Made by a program: the position numbers and the translations under genes
Shown: positions 54,867 through 64,000 of the stretch, piece after piece
Numbering within the stretch: position 1 is the stretch's first letter
Layout of the letters: each line of letters opens with the position of its first letter
From: Octopus vulgaris
Taxonomy: Eukaryota
Length of the DNA stretch: 64,000 nucleotides
Direction: 5' to 3'
Assembly: GCA_951406725.2 (NCBI GenBank)
Contig: OX597821.1
Coordinates: 96,286,001-96,350,000, forward strand
Notes under the pieces: model-generated
Database searches by the model: none
Told to the model about the DNA's origin: nothing
The model's input: only the letters and a program-made list of their open reading frames with translations

Positions 54867-55049
54867 CTAGCTTGGGTCTAAATAATAGTAATAACATCAA
54901 AGTCATATTACTCATTGAAACAACGCTGTTTGTTGTTTGACCTGCTAAAAGTAATCGTCAAATCAACCTCTAATATGAAAGTACCACGCTAAAGGAGGAA
55001 GAGCATGTTAAATAGTGTAGTTCCAGAGATACATTGTTTTCATCTTGTA

Positions 55050-55231
55050 TATTTTACTTGTTTCAGTAATTTGATTGCGGCTATGCTGGTGCACTACCCC
55101 GAAGAGCTTTAGTCAGATAAATCGACCCTACAACTTATTTTTTTAAAGACTAATACTTGATATATCGTTATCTTTTTGCCGGACCACGACGTTACCGGAC
55201 GTAAACATAACACTGGATATCAAGCGGTGGT

Positions 55232-55292
<61 letters not shown>

Positions 55293-55483
55293 ACACACAC
55301 AACACACACACACATATACACGACAGGCTTTTTTCAGTTTCCGTCTATCAAATCTACTCAGAAGGCTGTGGTCCGCCCGAGGTTATAGTAGAAGACACTT
55401 GCCCAAGGTGCCACACAGTGGGACTGAACCCGGATCTTGTGGTTAAGAATCAAGGTTCTTACCACACGTCCACGCCTGGGCCT
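55050..55483 (-). mobile_element. SINE family A with internal (CA)n
   Basis: Family blocks, including gaagacacttgcccaaggtgccacacagtgggactgaacccgg. Confidence 0.85.
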
Positions 55484-56057
55484 ATTGTATAAACGGGAGA
55501 AATGACTACATCTGGAATGCTTTAGATCGTATGTGTACTGGTTCAGGGTTGACGTAACATGAATAACAACAACAATAAAAGGTCACCCAGAGTACGTCTG
55601 ACCTCGACTACACCTCCACCATCATTAACTACAATATCAACATCAATAATCGAATCAAGACAACCAGGGAGTATCTAAGTGTGTACAAGAAATAACAGCC
55701 ACACGTCCCTATCAATAAACTTTATTCTTTAAAAAAGATGTGGAAAAGAATAGTGAAAATTTAGTCTGTTTCTGAATATAAAACGTCTCTCCATATTTCC
55801 TTCGACCATCAACAATGTATTCTCGCATTATTTTAAGGCAACAGGACGACTTTTTAAGGTAGTTTCAGCTACCATTTCCTGCTTTTCCACCACACCCACG
55901 TTGGCGATTGTTGATGATAAATCATTCCAAATATGGCGTCAAGAATTTTAAAAACAGAAATAATTACAACTAAAATTAAAACAAGTTATATTTTATATCC
56001 CAGAATGCTCTGTGGCTGGTTGCAGGTTTTTAAGTATCTATTGTTTTCAAACAAACA

Positions 56058-56120
<63 letters not shown>

Positions 56121-56519
56121 ATTTACGACGTTATATATATTTTTAATTCGCTTAGATTTCTTGTTTTCTTTTTTCTTTTCTTTTTTTTTCATTTCTAATT
56201 TCCTTCTTTACTGAAGTGCTTAAAAAGTAGTCACTGACCCCTGGGGGGAAAATCTACTTATAATTCTCTGGGATCACTCAATACAAGAGATGGAAAAGAA
56301 ATCAATAACTGCCATCATTGATCAGGAACTTCGAGAAACAGACATTGTCTTTGTTATCGTTATTGTTGCGGTGCTGGCTTGTTATGATTAATATTATATT
56401 TTTATTATTAAGAATCGTAATAGAAGAAAGACTATCGCTCCAGCCGCCATCAGCCAACACCACCACAACCACCACCACCAAAAACAAAAGCAACAGCAAC
56501 GACAGCAGCAGCAGCAACA

Positions 56520-56546
56520 GACCTAGCAGCAGTGACAGTAGCAGTT

Positions 56547-56583
<37 letters not shown>

Positions 56584-56606
56584 CGTAGTAGTAGTAGTGG
56601 TGGTGG

Positions 56607-56655
<49 letters not shown>

Positions 56656-56803
56656 ATAGTAGTAGTAGTAGTAGTAATAGTAGTGGTGGTGGTAGTAGTA
56701 GTAGTGGTGGAGTAGTAGTAGTAGTGGTGGACTAGTAGTAGTAGTAGTGGTGGTGGTGGTAGTAGTAGTAGTAGTGGTGGTGGTTGTGGTAGTAGTAGTA
56801 GTG

Positions 56804-56842
<39 letters not shown>

Positions 56843-56854
56843 TAGTATTAGTAT

Positions 56855-56894
<40 letters not shown>
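56520..56894. repeat. (AGT/GGT)n trinucleotide tract
   Basis: Direct reading. Confidence 0.97.
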
Positions 56895-56895
<1 letters not shown>

Positions 56896-57224
56896 TAGTG
56901 TACACATAAACCAGTTACGACTTAATCGATGGATCAAACTGTGAATTATATATATATAGAGCAGCGGACTTTCTCTCTCTCTCGCTCTTTCTCTGTCTGT
57001 ATGTTTCTCTCTTTCTCTCTTGCTATCTTTACCTCTACATACATATACCTGTACGTGCCCGTGCGTCAGTGTGACTATGTGTATACAAACACACAAACAC
57101 GCACACACACACACGTGTATATATACATATATGTGTGTTTGTGTGTGAGTGTGTGTGCATGTGACAGTGTGTGACCCTATGTATTTTCTCACATTCGTAT
57201 GTATGTTTTCGAATACACACGCAG

Positions 57225-57272
<48 letters not shown>

Positions 57273-57274
<2 letters not shown>

Positions 57275-57440
57275 TCTATTGGGCTGGACCACGGCAGACA
57301 GCTTTTCCAGACAAATCAAACGCCTTCGATGAATTTGACATTTCTGGAGAAGCGGTTGCGGGCCGTGATAACGGACAGAACAACAGTCCAATCAACTGGC
57401 CTAAATATGCTTACTATCAAAACTCTACGTTTGTATTAGG
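57273..57440 (+). pseudogene. Possible decayed mariner-type transposase fragment
   Basis: FLEKRLRAVI and, in a second frame, NNSPINWPKYAYYQN resemble FL...F.GRVI...WPPYSPDLN. The match is weak. Confidence 0.3.
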
Positions 57441-57582
57441 TACTCAATACAAACGTAGATAATTGATCTCTCTCTCTCTCTGTTCCTATATATATATATA
57501 TATATACAATATTCCTATTTGCATACATATATGTGTCATATATGTATATATATGTATATATATATATGTATATATACATATA

Positions 57583-57648
<66 letters not shown>

Positions 57649-57888
57649 GAATGCGTACACACATACATACATGTCTGGACGTGAGCTTGTGTCTGACTGT
57701 ATGCGCATTTATAAACCTATTAACATAGATCAATAAACACTTCTGGTGTAAATTTATGATGTGCTCTATTTAGGTGACACTGTACGTAATGTAAATGCAT
57801 TATCTCGCTATATAATGACAGTCACACTTGCACTGTTAGTGAGTCATTCATTATAGAGGAATGTATGCAAATATCTATCTATCTATCA

Positions 57889-57961
<73 letters not shown>

Positions 57962-58038
57962 GCTCTCCCTCTTTCTCTCTCTCTCTCTATATATATATCT
58001 GTCTCTCCGTCTGTCTGTTTGTCCATTCATCCATCCCT

Positions 58039-58114
<76 letters not shown>

Positions 58115-58231
58115 GGATGATACAAAAGAGCTTCTTGATACAGTATAATATATTTGAAAAAATGAGAAGAGATGGCTTTTGGAGGGAACAATTTTTATTT
58201 TAATGATACACACACACACAAACACACACAC

Positions 58232-58270
<39 letters not shown>

Positions 58271-59787
58271 CCTAAAATAAAAATTATCCACCCCAAAAGC
58301 CATCGCTGCTAATTTTTTTAAATATATATATATATATACATATATATCATCTGCATGTTTTAAGAGGAAGTAAAATGTCTGAAAATCGACTATATTATTG
58401 TAGCTTTCCACTCTTATTGCTATGAAGGCATGATGTTGAGGAGGAAAAATTGAAGTAAAAAGTTACAGAAGTTTAAAAATCTCCCCAAAATGTGTATTTT
58501 TAGCCAATAGCATGACAGAAATTGTCTGTGTTTAGCAGTGTTAACTTTAAGGTTGTGCCCGGTGAAATTTATAGCTTAGCGTCTGTGAAATGACCTGTTC
58601 ATTGTAGGTTTCTAAATAAACAGAAATGCGTAATAAAATCAACATGTATCATCTTACTGTTTCTTTTGTCTCTTCATTGATTTCTATAGAGTTTCGTATG
58701 TTATCATTTTAAAAAAAATTTGCTATATTCATATATTTCTCTGCATATGTTTACTTTATGCGTATTTCAGTATTATGTATATCTGTCATGTATTTGTGTA
58801 CATCATTAATATGTAGATATATATGTATTCATATATAAGTTTATATGTACAGTTATGCCTTCATATGTGTGTGTGCGCGTGTTTAAAAATTGGGCATCTC
58901 TCTCTCTAAAGGTCCAAAGTTGAGTTCATGCTTGAGTTGAGTTGAGTTCATGCTTGGATTTGTAAACTACGATAACGATAACACTGGTCAATAAAGAATT
59001 TGTCCCAAGAAAAAGATTACCTGTATCTTATATATTTTTGCATGCAGAATTCAAAAATAATGTCAAATTATCTGCATCACCCACAGTTTCTCTGTTCCAC
59101 GATATCCCTCTCAGTTCCTGTTGCGTGGGCTAAATTTCACTTAAGCTGTGAAATGTGAAACTAACGGTTTAAGAAATACTCCTAATTTAAATGTTTATGA
59201 ATAGAATTAACCTAGTGAAATCATAAATCTAGATATCTGAGTCAATGAATCCCTAAAGCTTGGCAATACTGAGCCGATGAGTCACCGATGCTTAGACAGT
59301 ACCAATTTGTGCACCAGGTTCACATATTTCATTCACCTTCATAATGCCAAAAAACTGTATTAACATCGCAAACAACTTTTGCTATATATGAAAAATATGT
59401 AAAATATGAAGACAAATGATGAAAAATATCAATAATAAAATTCTAATTGATAAATATAAATTTTTATTAAAACAAAACACACGGGTGGAGTGAATCTCGT
59501 GGCGTGAAGTATCAACTCAACACACCGTGCAGGAGAAGTGAAACACAACACAACGTGCGGTTGTCATGGTAACAAGAAGTTAATGCCCCGCTGTTTGTTG
59601 ATTGGCTAAAATTACCCAAATTTCCAAAATTTAATTCCAAACAACATCAGATTCTTTAATTTATCAGATTAAGTAATCGGTTGATCGTAATCATAACTCA
59701 GAGTTGCATTGATACAATAAAATTGAAAGAAATCTGGGCAAAATTAAAGGGAGCTGATTTTGTGAATCAGTTTTACTAGATCTCATA

Positions 59788-59843
<56 letters not shown>

Positions 59844-59981
59844 ACAAATTTGAGTTGTGGGGTATCGCACGAGTGGAATTATATACGAAAGAAGGTTTGA
59901 AAATGCAATTTAAAAGATGTTTATTTATTGTTTATTTATGTTTATTCAATAAACATCTTTTAAATTGCATTTTCAAACCTT

Positions 59982-60154
<173 letters not shown>

Positions 60155-60157
60155 TAT

Positions 60158-60208
<51 letters not shown>

Positions 60209-60209
<1 letters not shown>

Positions 60210-60329
60210 TGGCCTGTTCGCTTAGCCAGTGAGGTGGTGTTATTTGAAGGCTAAAACAATGCGAAGCGTATTGTGACCAGCGATGTGTAGCAACATCTGA
60301 TAGCCTGGTCGGTCACGTGATCACGTGAT
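60209..60329 (+). mobile_element. Solo tail a of SINE D (5'-truncated)
   Basis: Reverse complement of 1807-1922. Confidence 0.8.
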
Positions 60330-60341
60330 ATATATATATAT

Positions 60342-61171
60342 ATATCAACAATTGAGGGTAAAATTAATTAGTTATTAATCAATTTCACCAAGTATTCAGT
60401 ATGTAAAAGGACCATTTAAGGCGAATTCAAAATATTACATTATATAATTAGGGCTTAGTAAAATAAATTACTTTGCCACATACTGAACTTACTAGAAATA
60501 GCAGCCAAAAAAGCTTTTTAGCCATTTCTACTACTTAAAGCTGCTATTTCTAGTAAGTTCAGTATGTGGCAAAGTAATTTATTTTACTAAGCCCTAATTA
60601 TATAATGTAATATTTTGAATTCGCCTTAAATGGTCCTTTTACATACTGAATACTTGGTGAAATTGATTAATAACTAATTAATTTTACCCTCAATTGTTGA
60701 TATTATAATTCATTTCTCTCTGTCATATTGCCTCGGTTCTCACCGTTAAAATATAATGTTTGCTAGATAACCCACGTGGGTGGAAGGGGAGAGCAGGAAT
60801 CTTCGCTTGCGCATTTTGAATTTGTTAGCACTGGCAGTCTGAACGGGTTCATCTGAGGTGATAAGTCGCCGAAGGGTATGTTCTTTCTTTTCAGTGTTTC
60901 CAAATCCAAATTAAGAAATGTTGAGCTGACGAAAGAAATGCTGAGTTTATTTGGCTAATCTAGAAACGTTAACGTTCTCAAATGATCTTTGTACTTGTGA
61001 TATTTTTCTGTTTTTACCTCCATACCTTCGTGGGTTATTTTGAGTAAACATTATCTGAGAGAAATTTTCTTTAAGTAGTAGAAATGGCTAAAAAGCTTTT
61101 TTTGGCTGCTATTTCTAGTAAGTTCAGTATGTGGCAAAGTAATTTATTTTACTAAGCCCTAATTATATAAT
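60342..61171 (+). mobile_element. Non-autonomous Penelope-like/retrozyme-like element with inverted plus direct repeat (pLTR architecture)
   Basis: 164-bp inverted arms 60342-60505 / 60540-60703; direct repeat 60540-60606 = 61105-61171; embedded in (TA)n. Confidence 0.8.
60921..60981 (+). ncRNA. Type I hammerhead-like motif
   Basis: uugag CUGACGA [stem II] GAAA cguuaacg UU cucaa. 5-bp stem I, palindromic stem III, A-A mismatch at the base of stem II. Confidence 0.6.
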
Positions 61172-61682
61172 ATATTTATATATATATATATACATATCCA
61201 TTTATTAGTTTAGTCTTGAAAACTCCTATGCTTCTTGTCAGCTACCATCTGTTAATTCTATCCCCCAGGTTAATCCGATGGTATGGTTATACAGCGCGGA
61301 ACTCTCTTCAGCTTAGGATAAATATAATAATAACGCTAATAACTTGCAGATGGAAATTCATAGGGTCTATTAGTAAAACCTATACGGAAGGTAAGATGCA
61401 TTCATCTTGATGGGTCGACTAGTGCGGAGTTACTTTGTTGCGTAGTGAAACAGATGGTTATGTTATGCAGAAGAACCATACTGGTGTTTGTAGCCACGAT
61501 ATTAATCCTAGACATTCAAATCGTAGATATATAAAATGACTGGATATTCTAAACAGAAATGATTGCAGGTTTAGGTCATCTTAAACATGACAAACCAGAT
61601 GCTTAGCAACAGCAGCCTCATTCGAGCTTAGAAATGTCTTTTAAACAAATGAATATGCATTTTTAGTTGTATTGATTGACAT

Positions 61683-61738
<56 letters not shown>

Positions 61739-61896
61739 CCTGATCTAATGCTGCGTGGTGAGAGTGAAAACAATGATATCATAAAAGCATCCCATAGGGA
61801 ATTTATATAAAAGAATATCATGTAAATTGTTAATCGATTCGTTCAATTTTGAAATTGTTTTATGTACAAGTTCAGAGTATTAACACCCCTAAATAA

Positions 61897-61948
<52 letters not shown>

Positions 61949-62119
61949 GCGTAAATGCATGCATGCATGCATGCATGCATGTGTGTATGTTTGTACGTAT
62001 GACTTTTTCTACTCTATATATTAGCATTGTTTCTATAAAACGGAAGCTGGTTTCTTATAATGAAACAAAAGCCTTATCATTGGAGTTTGGATAATTTGAC
62101 TGTATGTTTGTATGTATTT

Positions 62120-62470
62120 ATGTAGGAGTGGCTGTCTGATAAGTAGCTTGCTTACGAACCACATGGTTCTGGGTTCAGTCCAACTGCGTGGCATCTTGGG
62201 TAAGTGTTTTCTACTATAGCTTCGGATCGACCGAAGCCTTGTGAGTGGATTTGGTAGTGTGTGTGTATATGTTTGTGTGTCTGTGTTTGTCCCCCCAATA
62301 TCACTTGACAAACGACGCTGGTGTGTTTACGTCCCCGTACCCTAGCGGTTCGGCAAAAGAGACTGATAGAAAAAGTACTAGGCTTACAAAGAATAAGTTC
62401 TGGGGTCGATTTGCTCACTATAGGCGGTGCTCCAGCATGGCCACAGTCAAACGACTGAAACATGTAAAAG
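62120..62470 (+). mobile_element. SINE family A
   Basis: Family head and tail present, with an internal deletion. Confidence 0.88.
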
Positions 62471-62504
62471 ATTATATATGTATGTATTACTATATATTTT
62501 ATCT

Positions 62505-62843
62505 TTCACTTGTTTAAGTCATTAGACTGCGGTTGTGCTGGGGCACCATCTTAGAGAATATTTTAGTAGAATTAATCGACCCAGTTGCCGAATAGCTAAG
62601 ATACTTGGACATAAACACACCAGCACCGGTTGTCAAGCGGTAGTGAGGAACAAACCCGATCGCACACGGACACACACACATACACACACACCCGCACACA
62701 CACACACACACACTCACACACACACACACACACAAACATACGTATATATACAGCGGGGTTCTTTAAGTTTCCGTCTACCAAATCCGTTCTCAAAGCTACT
62801 GTAAGAGACACTTGCTCAAGGTACAATGCGGTGGGACGGGACT
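62505..62843 (-). mobile_element. SINE family A, decayed, tail-to-tail with the previous copy
   Basis: cttgtttaagtcattagactgcgg...accggttgtcaagcgg...tttccgtctaccaaatcc. Confidence 0.8.
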
Positions 62844-62859
62844 CTTTACATATATGTGC

Positions 62860-62898
<39 letters not shown>

Positions 62899-63031
62899 TT
62901 TATGTATGCATGCATGTATGTATATGCGTGTATGAATGTATAGACATACATTCACACGCATGCATTTATACATAAATATATACATTTCCAGCACGCGCGC
63001 GCACACACTCACACACACACAAGCACACACA

Positions 63032-63072
<41 letters not shown>

Positions 63073-63174
63073 ATATGTAACAACTGCACTTGTTCTTGCA
63101 TTACCCGAATTTGGGATAAATTTTTAATTATGCTACCGACCTTCGCTTGTTCCAAGAATGTTGATTCATGAAAT

Positions 63175-63608
63175 ATTCTTTTCTACTCTAGGCACAAGGC
63201 CCGAAATTTTTGGGGAGGCGGCCAGTCGATTAGATCGACCCTAGTACGCAACTGGTACTTAATCTATCGATCCCGAAATGATGAAAGGCAAAGTCGACCT
63301 CGGCAGAATTTGAACTAAGAACGTAAAGACAGACGAAATACCGCTAAACATTTCGCCCAGCGTACTAATGTTTCTTATTTCCTTATTGCCCACAAGGGGC
63401 TAAACACAGAGGGGACAAACAAGGACAGACAAACGGATTAAGTCGATTACATCGACTCAAGTGCGTAACTGGTACTTAATTTATCGATCCCGGGAGGATG
63501 AAAGGCAAAGTCGACCTCGGTGGAATTTGAACTCAGAACGTAACGGCAGACGAAATACGGCTACGCATTTCGTCCGGCGTGCTAACGTTTCTGCCAGCTC
63601 GCCGCCTT
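63175..63608 (-). mobile_element. SINE family B dimer: tail-1 unit followed by tail-2 unit
   Basis: Two cores; junction near 63375. Confidence 0.9.
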
Positions 63609-63913
63609 GATTAACGAGCTATTGCTGCATTGAACCAATATAGAAGATGGTTCAATTAAACTCAATAATAATGAGCAAAATAGATGACATGGAGAAGATA
63701 AAAATAGAATATAAAATAGAAGAGTGATTTTAAATTTTATTTATTTTCTGAGAAAACATGCCTGCATTCAAAATTTGATATTAATTTACATCATAATAAC
63801 AGAATTATTTTTCTAATCAACATTTGATATTTTTCACTGTTAATAAATCTAAGTCTTTTGTAATTAAATTTGGTTCCCATTTTTAGAAAGTATACCAAAT
63901 GAAATATATATAT

Positions 63914-64000
63914 AGGCGTAGGAGTGGCTCCGTGGTAAGTAGCTTGCTTACGAACCACATGGTTCCGGGTTCAGTCCCACTGTGTGGCACATTGGGCAAG
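63914..64000 (+). mobile_element. SINE family A head, cut by window end
   Basis: ggcgtaggagtggctccgtggtaagtagcttgc...gggttcagtccc...ttgggcaag. Confidence 0.88.

Noticed and set aside
58268-59350. Possible DNA-transposon remnant
   Set aside because: No TIR pair or transposase motif could be identified by eye.

Overview
This is AT-rich, microsatellite-saturated eukaryotic DNA. Its repeat families read like octopus (coleoid cephalopod) intronic or intergenic sequence; that assignment is inferred from repeat style and was not checked by search. No complete host protein-coding gene is visible, and almost all ORF-track entries are translated simple repeats or SINEs. The window holds: (1) about 35 tRNA-derived SINE copies in several head/core/tail combinations, here labelled A-E; (2) decayed non-LTR retrotransposons of the R4/Dong-like, L1/Tx1-like, RTE, CR1-like and Penelope groups; (3) a full-length but broken Tc1 element and several MITEs or foldbacks; (4) Penelope-type inverted repeats carrying hammerhead-ribozyme motifs; and (5) one convincing 32-nt minus-strand exon at 5438-5469 whose acceptor is immediately followed by GTAAGT, a recursive-splice signature. 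The best leads are that exon, the U3-A8 variant hammerheads, a SINE sharing its 3' end with a Tx1-like LINE, and apparent microsatellite-specific insertion of two LINE groups. Boundaries of decayed elements were read by eye and are approximate.
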